Numbered from the stretch's first letter, positions 51,081 through 60,916 are shown. The stretch: 64,000 nucleotides of DNA from an uncultured Hyphomicrobiaceae bacterium (GCA_964461525.1 CAYWUX010000014.1:9028-73027); one strand, 5' to 3'. Numbers and translations are program-made. The notes: generated from the letters alone by a model not told the origin.

Positions 51081-52862
51081 ATGAAGAATGGTTTCGTATT
51101 TGCGTGCACTTTGGATAGTCTGAGAGATAAGGGACGCCTCTTAATTCGAGGGGCCCACCGGCCAATTCTGCTTATTTATGACAATGACAGTGTATTCGCG
51201 CTCGATAATCGTTGTCCACATATGGGATTTCCATTGGAGAAAGGCAGTGTCGATGGCGGTATTCTCACTTGTCATTGGCATCATACCCGATTTGATCTTA
51301 CGAGCGGTTGCACATTCGACTTGTGGGCTGATGACGTACCGACTTGCCCGGTGGAGTTGCGCGGCGGCGAGGTCTGGATAAAACCAGATTTCAGTCAGCC
51401 TGATCCTCTGTCACACTGGCGACAACGTTTGAGCGATGGCTTAGCTTATAATCTTAGTCTCATACTTGCAAAGAGCGTATTTGGTCTTCGAGCTGCAAAT
51501 GCCACAACTAAAGATATTATTAAGTTGGTGGCATTGTATGGCGCTCGTAATCGAGACGGTTGGAATACAGGGCTTACTCTTGCGACAGCACTCGGAAATC
51601 TTATGTCACTGCTCCCAGAAGAAGAAACGAGCATTGCTCTAATTCAGGGCGCTCGTCATGTGGCCGCCGACTGTTCGGGGGAACCGCAACGTTACGATAG
51701 AGCCCCACTTAAGAGTGCACCTGATACAACTAAGCTTGGCGACTGGCTCCGACGCTGGAATACGGTGCGGCATCGAGAGGCGGCAGAGCGAACACTTCTC
51801 ACGGCCATCGACACCGGGGCATCCCAGGCGGAACTTGCGGATATGCTCTTCACTGCCGAGACCGACCGTACATTTGCTGACAGTGGACACTCGTTTGACT
51901 TCATTAACAAAGCTTTTGAATGTCTCGATTTAATTGGTTGGGAAAACGCAAATCAGGTATTACCTACCGTTGTCGGTCAGATGATAGCTGCTCGCGGTTC
52001 AGAAGAGTCTACAGCTTGGCGTCAACCTGTCGATCTGATAGAGCTGCTCAGCGAGGTTTTTACGAAACTCCCTGACCTCTTTGCTTTTGGCCACCACAAA
52101 GAACATTGGCGCCAACACGCCGAGCTCGCTCAGGCGTTACTTGTTGATGATCCGATTGCCGTGATTGAGTCCCTGAAAGGAGCCATTATCGACGGAGCAA
52201 AGCCGACCGATCTTGGACGCTCTCTGGCGTACGCGGCAGCCTTGCGCCTGGCACAATTTGGTACCTCCAACGAGCACTCAGATTGGGAAACGGCGCACCA
52301 TGTATTCACCTACTGTAACGCAGTGCACAGAGCCATGCAGCGGATTGATTTGCATGATGATGAACATAAAGGATATACTGATTCAGTTCGCGGGATCTTT
52401 CACGGCGCGATGGCGATTTATCTCTCTCGTTATCTTAACGTACCTCCCGCAAATATACCCGATGAGAACGATAAACAACTCGACAAATTGCCTACTGTCC
52501 CCGAAGAGCTAAAGGCATCTCTACTGAATGCCTTCGATCAACAGCGACGCGTCGACTTGTCAGCGCAGATCGTTGCCCGCTATCTCCTGCTGGGCCACAG
52601 GCCGGAAGATCTAATCGTCACTCTCGTCCACGCCGTGTTACGTGAAGACGCGGGATTCCACACTTATCAAATGATTGAAGCTGGTGTGCGCCAATTCCAG
52701 GAGTGGGGAAATAGTGAGCAAGGTCGTCATATTCTAATTGGAATGACCCGGTATTTGGCTGCTCATTCGCCGACACAAAGGTCTTCCTATCAAACAGTCG
52801 ACATTGCTCGTCGTCTCATGCGTGGTGGGCAGCTTCATGAAGAAAACGAACATGAAGCGTGA
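51081..52862 (+). CDS. Rieske [2Fe-2S] domain (NirD-like) fused to a ~480-aa helical domain of unknown function
   Basis: 'NRCPHMGFPL...LTCHWHHTRFDLTSG' Rieske ligands; His-containing helical C-terminus; GGGAG RBS. Confidence 0.88.
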   Translation: MKNGFVFACTLDSLRDKGRLLIRGAHRPILLIYDNDSVFALDNRCPHMGFPLEKGSVDGGILTCHWHHTRFDLTSGCTFDLWADDVPTCPVELRGGEVWIKPDFSQPDPLSHWRQRLSDGLAYNLSLILAKSVFGLRAANATTKDIIKLVALYGARNRDGWNTGLTLATALGNLMSLLPEEETSIALIQGARHVAADCSGEPQRYDRAPLKSAPDTTKLGDWLRRWNTVRHREAAERTLLTAIDTGASQAELADMLFTAETDRTFADSGHSFDFINKAFECLDLIGWENANQVLPTVVGQMIAARGSEESTAWRQPVDLIELLSEVFTKLPDLFAFGHHKEHWRQHAELAQALLVDDPIAVIESLKGAIIDGAKPTDLGRSLAYAAALRLAQFGTSNEHSDWETAHHVFTYCNAVHRAMQRIDLHDDEHKGYTDSVRGIFHGAMAIYLSRYLNVPPANIPDENDKQLDKLPTVPEELKASLLNAFDQQRRVDLSAQIVARYLLLGHRPEDLIVTLVHAVLREDAGFHTYQMIEAGVRQFQEWGNSEQGRHILIGMTRYLAAHSPTQRSSYQTVDIARRLMRGGQLHEENEHEA

Positions 52863-52883
52863 CAGATTGGCGTTAGCCAGCTC

Positions 52884-53171
52884 ATGCGGATGCCAAGTTT
52901 AAAAAAGTCGCCTTCCAGCGCCACAAGCGTCGGCGAGGGCATCGCGCGCGAGGAACTGGCGGGGCTGGCCTACATGTTCTGGGCTAGGCTTATCGCAATC
53001 GCCATCCTCGCCGGCTGGGCGCTGACACTGCCTTTCGAGCGCTCTGGCTTCTATCTCCTCACTCTCGCGGCATTTGCGCTTCTCGGTGCACCGCCCTATT
53101 TTCTGGCGCGGCGGGGTAGCGGGCTCTGGCTGACGCATTTTTCCATAATTATTGACCGAATTGTGGTCTAA
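52884..53171 (+). pseudogene. Short membrane protein fragment, possibly the N-terminal TM part of a sensor/cyclase
   Basis: Two to three TM helices in a GC-rich patch ending at an AT-rich junction. Confidence 0.35.
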
Positions 53172-53291
53172 TCAGATCCAGTTGGGATGCTCGATGCAAG
53201 CCTGACCATTGAATTTGCAGTTACCGGAAAAACGCTATGCCAACAATTCGTGTTGCGTACACTGTCTGCAACTGGCCAATCTGAGCCGGCA

Positions 53292-54011
53292 TCAGTATCT
53301 GGCGCGTCCACCTGACATGTCGAACACGGCGCCGGTGTTGAAGGCGCTGGCGTCCGAACACAGCCAAACAACCAACGCCGCGACCTCCCTCGGGTCACCA
53401 AGCCGCCGCAGCGGACTCGCTGAAATCATGGCGTCGACGGTTTCATTGCCCAGATCACGGATCATGCGCGTATCGATGGGGCCGGGTGCAACACAATTCA
53501 CACGTATGTCCGTGTCACATACCTCGCGTGACAATGCCTTCGTAAAGCCGATCACGCCAGCGCTCGCCGCCGAATAAGCTGCCAAGCTTGGCAGTCCCTC
53601 TTTGCCAGCCAGCGAACCCATATTGACGATACGTCCTCTTCCAGCCTGCCGCATCAGCGGCAGCACTTGATGAGTAACTTCCAGCATACCGATAAGGTTC
53701 GTCTGCAAGATGCGATGCCACTCGTCCGGATCAAACGCCTCGAAACGCATGTAAGGGCCTAGATAACCGGCATCGTTGATGAGAATATCGATGCTCTTTC
53801 CCCCAATTACCCCAAGGGCATTGGCAATGTCGTCGCGCTTGGTAACATCGACGGCAACGCTATGGGCGCCTGGAAGTTCGATTGGATCGATATCCCAGAT
53901 CCATACCTCGGCGCCACTGGTCGCAAGGAGATGCGAAATCGCATGGCCAATGCCGCGTGCCCCGCCTGTGACTATGGCGATCTGCCCTGAAAAGTCATAG
54001 CTTACCGTCAT
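53292..54011 (-). CDS. SDR family oxidoreductase with atypical YxxxS active site
   Basis: 'TGGARGIG', 'LINDAG', 'NMGS', 'YSAASAG', 'RVNCVAPGPIDT'; probable start ATG 54011. Confidence 0.88.
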   Translation of the reverse strand: MTVSYDFSGQIAIVTGGARGIGHAISHLLATSGAEVWIWDIDPIELPGAHSVAVDVTKRDDIANALGVIGGKSIDILINDAGYLGPYMRFEAFDPDEWHRILQTNLIGMLEVTHQVLPLMRQAGRGRIVNMGSLAGKEGLPSLAAYSAASAGVIGFTKALSREVCDTDIRVNCVAPGPIDTRMIRDLGNETVDAMISASPLRRLGDPREVAALVVWLCSDASAFNTGAVFDMSGGRARY

Positions 54012-54298
54012 AACAATTATTCCATTCGCCAACAGCCTGAGCCACCTGTGCGGCGTCTTAGACAATTTTGACATCAGAATAACGCTACAATGGAGGAACC
54101 TTCAAAATCAAGCGAAAGTACCCGCCTCGACATGGAACTCCTGCTGTACGTCACGGAACGCAACAAAGTACTAATGTTAAGATTTTTAGCACACAATGTA
54201 TGAACCGGCTGCGATTTGCAATTGAGGATTTACTAAATTACGGAAAACTTTAAATTTCTGTTGTTGGTACTTTTGAGACCACTTCAGTCATTGCTGGG

Positions 54299-54375
54299 AA
54301 TGTCCGAAATCGGGAGTAAAGCAGACTCTTTTCAGACCCGACGAAAAGGTCTGAAGTTGACCCGACTCGGACATT
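54299..54375. repeat. 77-bp nested palindromic (REP/MITE-like) element
   Basis: Outer arms AATGTCCGA/TCGGACATT and TCGGG/CCCGA; inner stem TTCAGACC/GGTCTGAA. Confidence 0.75.
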
Positions 54376-54516
54376 TGGTTGATTAACGGTCTCAGAAATG
54401 AGATGCTGGATTTGACCATTTTATGATCCCGGTCGCACCGGAAGCGAGCTAGACATAGATCATTCCGTTTTTCAGACCATAGTCTTTAAATTAGAGATAG
54501 GTTTTGGGAGTGGTTC

Positions 54517-55633
54517 ATGAATAATATAGGCCAGTGGCTTGAGGAGCTTGGCCTGGGAAGATATGCGTCCCTTTTTGTTGAGAATGAAGTAGACTTTGGG
54601 GTTCTGCCTGACTTGACTGAGCAAGACCTAAAGGACCTTGGAATTCCCCTCGGCCATCGCAAGAAGATTTTGCGGGCGATTAAAGCATTAGCACCTGGAC
54701 CTGATCAGATCGGAAATGCGGTGGTCGCATCTCTTTCGGATACCAATTCACCAATTTCAACGAGGCAAATAGAGGGTGAACATCGCCAGCTCACCGTCAT
54801 GTTTTGTGATCTCGTCGGTTCTACCGAGCTATCCCAGTTGCTTGACCCTGAAGATCTTCGCGAGGTGATCCGAACCTACCAGAATAACGTCGCCGGTGAG
54901 ATCGCACGATATGAAGGACACGTCGCCAAGTTCATGGGCGACGGCGTGATCGCGTATTTCGGTTATCCTCGCGCCCACGAGGACGATGCTGAGCGCGCGA
55001 TACGATCTGCCTTATCGATCGTCAAAGTCATTCCAGCATTAAGAATCGAGAAGGCGAAGTCTCTGGAAATTCGAATTGGTATCGCCACCGGGCAGGTCGT
55101 GGTTGGCGACATCATTGGCGAAGGGGCGGCACAGGAAGAAGCCGTGACCGGCGACACGCCTAATCTTGCTGCGCGTCTGCAGGAATTGGCCGCGCCAAAT
55201 TCGATTGTTGTGAGCGAAGCCACGAGGGAACTCACGGGTAACATATTCGAATGCACGATCCTGGGGCCGAAAAAACTGAAGGGGATAACCGAGCCCATAC
55301 AAATCTGGCAGGTAGAAGGTGAACGCTCGATTGAAAGCCGGTTTGAAGGCCGTTCCGGCAAACTGACGGCCTTCGTGGGCCGGGAGCACGAAGTTGGCCT
55401 GCTATTGGAGCGATGGCAACGAGCGATGGAAGGTGAAGGCCAGGTCATTCTACTGTCGGGCAGGGCCGGTATTGGCAAATCGAGAATTCTGGAAGTTCTT
55501 CGCTCACACTTGTAAAAAGAGACGCACCTCAGTCAGCACTATCAATGCTCGCCCTATCATACAAATAGCGCGTTCTATCCAATTAACACCAGATTTGCAG
55601 GACGCCAAGACGTTGCTCGACGAACTGGTATGA
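54517..55633 (+). pseudogene. SAM + class III adenylate cyclase + AAA/TPR gene, broken by a nonsense codon and a large deletion
   Basis: SAM 'WLEELGLGRY...DLKDLGIPLGHRKKIL'; cyclase 'CDLVGST','KFMGDG','GDTPNLAAR'; Walker A 'GRAGIGKS'; TAA 55513; in-frame 'YQCSPYHTNSAFYP'; then the family's C-terminal 'TPDLQDAKTLLDELV*'. Confidence 0.88.
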
Positions 55634-55767
55634 TCAATCTGTTTTGTAGCGGTTGACGGCTTTTCCTAATCGGTATCGCAATGCGTAACTTTGCTATTGC
55701 AATCAGAAATTGAGAATGGCTGCTATTGGCAGATTTGGTTGATTTAGCCGGCTTTCGTTGTGTTTCG

Positions 55768-55793
55768 ATGTTCGCATTGGTAGAAGCGGACAT
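55768..55793. repeat. REP-like palindrome ATGTTCGC...GCGGACAT
   Basis: Imperfect inverted repeat downstream of the second cyclase gene. Confidence 0.6.
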
Positions 55794-55915
55794 TTGGCTT
55801 CCCAAACTTCTTTTCCCATTAGCGTTTCTGGTCCCTTAACGACGGTTCCAGAGTACCCTCTCCCAAGTGTTTTCAGATTTTTAGTTATTCTACTAAGCGA
55901 CTGCCTTTCATTCAC

Positions 55916-56728
55916 TTACTTAGCTGATTGGGCGTAAGATCGTGCACGGATAACTTCGTTCAGATCGCAATCGATCCCCTCTATGGATTTGCCATCGGGA
56001 CGCGGTGGTGTTTCTGAAGTACCGGTGCTGTAGGCCTCTGCGGCAGCCGGCCGCGCCATCAATTTGTCTCGCCATGCATTAATTTTCGGGAAATCGCCTG
56101 GACTAACTTTTTCTGGATAAAGCTCTCGAATGCGATGAATGTTGGAGAGTACATAAATGTCTGCGAGCGAGATCGAATCACCCGCGATCCATGGCATTTC
56201 ATTCAATTCTTTTTCGAGCCATATGACAGTATAGTCGACAATTTCCAATGCAGCTTGAATTTCGCCTTCACTGTACCCGTCTCCAGACAAACGCCGCCAT
56301 CTTTCACGGCGTTCAGGCATAGGCGTGTTGGCTATCATTTTAGCCTTGTCTTCTTTAGACAATTCGTCGACCAAAGTTTTTAACCGGGCAGAGAAGGTTA
56401 AATTGATAACGGCCTGATGCACGTAATCGCCCATCCACATCCAATGGCGCATGCGCCAGCGTAATTGTGGGTCTTCTGGTTTTAACGATGGATCTGGAAA
56501 AGCATCATCGATGTATTCGAGAATTGCGACAGCGTTATAGATAGGGGTGCCATTATGGATGAGAACAGGGACAACTCCATTTGGATTTAGTTTCAAGTAT
56601 TCGGGGTTTAGATTTTCGTATTTCCAAAGCTCAATATAATTGCTTGTGTATTCTATGCCCTTTTCTTTTAGGCAGTGGCGCACCTGTTTTGAGCAGGTGC
56701 TTAATCCGCTGTGATAGAGTTCCAACAT
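55916..56728 (-). CDS. Glutathione S-transferase family protein (SxCS motif)
   Basis: 'MLELYHSGLSTCSKQVRHCLKEKG', 'YLKLNPNGVVPVL', 'WIAGDSISLADI'; true start probably ATG 56728 rather than 57160. Confidence 0.88.
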   Translation of the reverse strand: MLELYHSGLSTCSKQVRHCLKEKGIEYTSNYIELWKYENLNPEYLKLNPNGVVPVLIHNGTPIYNAVAILEYIDDAFPDPSLKPEDPQLRWRMRHWMWMGDYVHQAVINLTFSARLKTLVDELSKEDKAKMIANTPMPERRERWRRLSGDGYSEGEIQAALEIVDYTVIWLEKELNEMPWIAGDSISLADIYVLSNIHRIRELYPEKVSPGDFPKINAWRDKLMARPAAAEAYSTGTSETPPRPDGKSIEGIDCDLNEVIRARSYAQSAK

Positions 56729-57582
56729 TTTGATGTATCCTATGACTAACTTGAAGCAGCTATTGTTTGCGCAATCTTTGGATCTGACTGGATAGTATCG
56801 ACTTCTATTTCTTTCCAAGTAAAGTGAAAACAATTTATCGAAGGGCCATTCCCGCCACATTCCGATCCTCATCCCGATTATATCAAATGGTGTAGGCTGA
56901 TGAACCTCACGCCCCTGAATCTTTCCCGGTTCGGCTGTCGCCTCACCACCATGGGAGTTGGCAAAAGCGATAGCAACGGATATTCCTGGCGTTCGGGGTG
57001 GGAAATGAAGGATTGATGGCGGGCACTGAATAAGTCGTTCCGTAAATTGATTGTCTGAATGGAAGAAACGCTGCGGCAGAAAAATACACTGAAAAAAGAC
57101 GCGGGCAATGCGAGAATTCTGATGTTGAATAATTAATGGAATCCCATTTTTTTCATGCAATATATAATGCCTTCTTTTTGGAATTGTGTTATTAAATTAT
57201 TGCAGCTTTCCAAGCAAAAACAACTTCATAAGTCTGTCAAAACGCCAATGGGATAGTAAATTATGAAAATAGAAAAATTCCCGCCTATCAGACGTGCTTC
57301 CCAGAAATTTCTTTCCACCGCAATGCCCGCCGTGGCCCCGTAATAATCATGCTCCATGAATGGGGTTCTTAAAAGGCGCGCAGCACGAAACAAAAAATCA
57401 AAAGCAGACAGTCGCGGAGAAGCAAGACCAATGATCATTTGCAATCTCCAGTTCCTGACTCGTTTCAACAATCAAACTGTCCCATCCAATCGAACACACA
57501 AACTAAAATTATTGTAATATTATCAGATTAAGGCCCTCGTTGTACTGACAACTCATAACGAGATGCTCAATTCGCGGCGCAT

Positions 57583-57607
57583 GGAACCAAATCGCGATCC
57601 AATTGTT
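57583..57607 (+). promoter_or_regulatory. Sigma-EcfG-type promoter GGAAC-N17-GTT
   Basis: Consensus match 50 bp upstream of the DUF1328 gene. Confidence 0.72.
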
Positions 57608-57657
57608 GCTTAGACACAAAACAATTACGATCGGACAAATTAGAAGAGGAGCCAGAG

Positions 57658-57837
57658 ATGCTTACCTGGATTGTTTTATTTATTGTCGGCGCAATCATTA
57701 TGGGTTTTCTCGGTTTTACGGGCATAGCAGTGGCATTTGCATCGATCGCAAAGATACTGTTCTATATTTTCCTAGTACTTTTGGTTATTGCCCTAGTAGC
57801 GCAAGTTGTTCGTGGAAGAAAACCACCGGTTGTCTAA
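57658..57837 (+). CDS. DUF1328 (YtjA-like) small membrane protein, 59 aa
   Basis: GAGGAG RBS; 'MLTWIVLFIVGAIIMGFLGFTGIAVAFASIAKILFYIFLVLLVIALV'; too short for the ORF track. Confidence 0.88.
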   Translation: MLTWIVLFIVGAIIMGFLGFTGIAVAFASIAKILFYIFLVLLVIALVAQVVRGRKPPVV

Positions 57838-58266
57838 CACCGAAGTAAATTATATGAGTCCGGTATACGAATATTCTCATCCAGTTCGATACTGGAAAAT
57901 TATAATCAATTTTTAATATTGGATCACAACAGTTTTAACAGTCTGAATTTCGAGTCAAGAGGAGCGCGTATGTAATCATTAAGCAAAATATTGCTGTATT
58001 TATCTTGATTAGGAGCTCAAAATTACAGTTCCCGTAGCCATTTTTTCTTTCAGGTGAATGTTCACCAAGTAATAAAATCCGTTTCTCCTAGCAAATTTAT
58101 ACAAAAATCGATAGTCTAAGATCATTGTCGGTCCGCCAGATGACGGGCTGAGAAAGTAAAAGACGGGAACCGTTGAGGTTGCTAGAGGAAATGACAACAA
58201 GAAAGAGACAAATGCCGCTCGGCAGCCTTTGCACATTCTATTCTCTTTCGTTATCAGTTTTTGTTG

Positions 58267-58800
58267 ATGAATGAACAAGATCGCTCCGTAGTTCTAGGCA
58301 ATATTGAAACGGAAATACCCCGCTTACGCCGATACGCGAGGTATCTTGTCAGAGATATTGAATGTGCGGATGATCTTGTACAAGATTGTCTTGTGAGGGC
58401 AATCGAACATATCGATCAGTGGAAACCGGGGACCAATCTGCGTGCCTGGATGTTCGTAATATTAAAAAACGTATTCCTCAACGAACTGCAACGGTCAAAA
58501 CGAGAAACGCCAAATGAATGGCGTCATGATGAAGAGTTCATAGTACCAGCGGCGCAGGAAGCACGGCTTACTTTGCTTGAGATACAGGATGCATTCTTCA
58601 AACTGTCGGATGAGCACCGGGAAATTCTGCTGCTTATCGCGATTGAAGGATTAAAATATGAAGAAGCTTCTCTTGTGCTGGAAATTCCCGTAGGTACAAT
58701 TCGCTCGCGGCTTTCAAGAGCTCGCAGAGCATTAAGCAACTTGATCGAAACTGGTAAAGCACATTTGGATGCGGCCCGGAAGGAACAGGGTGGTGGTTAA
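58267..58800 (+). CDS. ECF sigma factor (PrtI/ECF26-like context)
   Basis: 'IPRLRRYARYL...ADDLVQDCL', 'TNLRAWMFVIL', 'YEEASLVLEIPVGTIRSRLSRAR'. Confidence 0.93.
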   Translation: MNEQDRSVVLGNIETEIPRLRRYARYLVRDIECADDLVQDCLVRAIEHIDQWKPGTNLRAWMFVILKNVFLNELQRSKRETPNEWRHDEEFIVPAAQEARLTLLEIQDAFFKLSDEHREILLLIAIEGLKYEEASLVLEIPVGTIRSRLSRARRALSNLIETGKAHLDAARKEQGGG

Positions 58801-59743
58801 GCGAAAGTCGATCAGCGATGAGAAAATCCAAGACTACATTGATGGTCGGTTGAACGATCATGACCATGCTTCTGTGGCGGCTTTTTTGCTGGCAAACCCC
58901 GATATTGCCAGTCGGATTCAACGGTTGAGAGATCATAACGATGCTCTGAAGGCTGTCGGCACCGACATACTTGCTGAACCTGTTCCGGAACGTCTGAGAG
59001 CGGTTGTTGAAAATGCTCGTAACAAACAAGAGTCTACTACAGCAGATACCGACAATTTGTACAAAATGCATCGAAGAGGATTTTGGGAGGGGCTTGCATT
59101 CTCAGGTGCTCTTGCGGCCGGAATCGTAATCGGTTGGATCGGGCACGGTGAATTACGTCCGGGCTTCAACCAACAAGAACTCGCCCTCCTGACAGCGCGT
59201 GACGCCTATCTGTTTTATAGTCAACAACGGGATTACCCCGTCGATATTACTTCTGACCGCAAAGATCAGGTTTACGATTGGTATAAAAAATCATTTGGCC
59301 GCGGTGTAGAATTACCTGATCTAGACGACTTGGGATATAAATTTGTGGGTGGACGTCTGGTTCCCTGGTCACAAGGGCAACTTGGCCTGAATTTATATCA
59401 AAATAACAAAGGTTCGAGAGCTTCTGTTTTGACATGGCCTGCTAAAACACCCTGGGAACGTACGCAACTTCCTGCAAAATTCGAAAATGTTCAAGTTCAA
59501 TATCATTGGCAGGATGGTATTGGTTATGCTGTCATGTGTGATGAAGGTAATGACGATTTTGCCAGTATTGCTAAAGCTGTATTAGGCTTTTTGTCTGACA
59601 TCCATAAAAAAGCTAGTGGACTTGGAGATGCAGCAATAGAGGCTGAAAAACAGACCTATGATACGTCAAAAGAACTGGGTGACAAAACAATTGCGAAGGC
59701 TGCCGAGAGTAAAGGTAGCATGACTGTCGAGAAACAAAAGTAG
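58790..59743 (+). CDS. Membrane-bound anti-sigma factor (PrtR/RsiW-like) with an extra C-terminal tail
   Basis: 'IQDYIDGRL', 'EPVPERL', one TM helix, 'PDLDDLGYKFVGGRLVP'; GTG 58790 after AAGGA overlaps the sigma stop. Confidence 0.88.
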   Translation: MVVKRKSISDEKIQDYIDGRLNDHDHASVAAFLLANPDIASRIQRLRDHNDALKAVGTDILAEPVPERLRAVVENARNKQESTTADTDNLYKMHRRGFWEGLAFSGALAAGIVIGWIGHGELRPGFNQQELALLTARDAYLFYSQQRDYPVDITSDRKDQVYDWYKKSFGRGVELPDLDDLGYKFVGGRLVPWSQGQLGLNLYQNNKGSRASVLTWPAKTPWERTQLPAKFENVQVQYHWQDGIGYAVMCDEGNDDFASIAKAVLGFLSDIHKKASGLGDAAIEAEKQTYDTSKELGDKTIAKAAESKGSMTVEKQK

Positions 59744-59831
59744 TAATAAAATTAACATCTTTTTGCGATTTTCTGAATTTAACTCCTGCCATTTCGTCTG
59801 TTTTTTCTACCAAAGAAACACGCACCCTCGC

Positions 59832-59856
59832 GGAACTTTATCCACTCCCCCTTGTT
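59832..59856 (+). promoter_or_regulatory. Sigma-EcfG-type promoter GGAAC-N17-GTT
   Basis: Consensus match upstream of the PRC-barrel and csbD genes. Confidence 0.72.
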
Positions 59857-59928
59857 AACTCACCATAGCATGACGGTTGTTACCGTTAAGAACGATGGAT
59901 ATCTAATTTAGGAATGAGAGGATTTGTT

Positions 59929-60456
59929 ATGATTAGAGAGCTTATTACGGGCAGTGCTCTTGCCATGTTTCTTGTCGCACCAGCGGCAATAGCTGATCAA
60001 CAGAAGAATACGGAGAATTTCGTTGTGGTTCAATCCGAGAACCAATGGCTCGCTAGTGATTTTACGGGCAGGAGCGTTCACAGCAATTCAGGGCAGGAAT
60101 TAGGCGATATAAACGACCTCGTGTTCAACGAGAGCGGGCAAGTTGTTGCTGCTGTTCTTGGCGTCGGTGGCGTGCTCGGTATCGGTGAGAAAAACGTGGC
60201 CGTCCCCTTTGACTCAATTGATCAAAAGCCAGGCAAGGATGGGAAAGTACTACTAGTTGTAAATCTTAGTAAGTCGGACCTGGAAAAGGCGCCTAAATAC
60301 AAATCACGTAGTGGTGGCCAAGCTATGATGAAACAGGTTCAAAATAAAGCCAGTGACATAGGAGAAAAGGCAAAGGAAATGGGAAAAGACGCCATGGAGT
60401 CGACCAAAGAAACAGGTGAAGAGGATATGACAAAAGACAACAAAACGACCCAATAG
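59929..60456 (+). CDS. Exported PRC-barrel protein with LEA-like tail
   Basis: Signal peptide; 'WLASDFTGRSV...ELGDINDLVF...AAVLGVGGVLGIGEKNVAVPF...KSDLEKAPKY' (alternative start 59914). Confidence 0.9.
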   Translation: MIRELITGSALAMFLVAPAAIADQQKNTENFVVVQSENQWLASDFTGRSVHSNSGQELGDINDLVFNESGQVVAAVLGVGGVLGIGEKNVAVPFDSIDQKPGKDGKVLLVVNLSKSDLEKAPKYKSRSGGQAMMKQVQNKASDIGEKAKEMGKDAMESTKETGEEDMTKDNKTTQ

Positions 60457-60538
60457 CAAATGCCGGTGTTCGGGTTGCGCGGTTGTTGTCTTTGCCGCAC
60501 AGCCGGAGTCAATGAGTTTTTAGTAAGGAGAAAATATT

Positions 60539-60736
60539 ATGAATTGGGACCAAGTCAAAGGAAATTGGAAACAAATCAAAGGCCGAATAACTGAGAATTG
60601 GGGCGATATCACAGACGATGAAATTGACCAAATTAACGGTCGGCGCGAACAGCTAGTCGGAAAAATACAGGAACGCTATGGCGTCGCCAAAGAGGAAGCC
60701 GAGCGGCAGATCGACGACTGGCTCAACAATAATTAG
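60539..60736 (+). CDS. csbD: CsbD/YjbJ family stress protein
   Basis: 'MNWDQVKGNWKQIKG...WGDITDDEI...GRREQLVGKIQERYG'; AAGGAG RBS. Confidence 0.96.
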   Translation: MNWDQVKGNWKQIKGRITENWGDITDDEIDQINGRREQLVGKIQERYGVAKEEAERQIDDWLNNN

Positions 60737-60790
60737 AAATTGTGAAAACTAAAATTCAATAAATACATTCATTTCGATTGAATCTAGTGA

Positions 60791-60838
60791 CACCGGGTGG
60801 CTGTTAGATGAGATAGATCTCATCCTCACCACCCGGTG
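60791..60838. terminator. Long hairpin between csbD and DUF3309
   Basis: CACCGGGTGG/CCACCCGGTG outer and GATGAGAT/ATCTCATC inner perfect stems; no U-tract. Confidence 0.5.
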
Positions 60839-60916
60839 AATTAAATTCACGAGTATTTGACAACAGAATACTCAATCACAAAATCGAGATTTAATTCATT
60901 GAGGAGTCAGAGTACG

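Noticed and set aside
56729-57160. N-terminal extension making the GST 414 aa; possible alpha/beta-hydrolase relic on + near 56930-57030
   Set aside because: The extension has no coding character; the hydrolase resemblance is short and interrupted by stops
58166-58190. GGAAC upstream of the ECF sigma gene as an autoregulatory promoter
   Set aside because: No GTT at the 16-17 nt spacing
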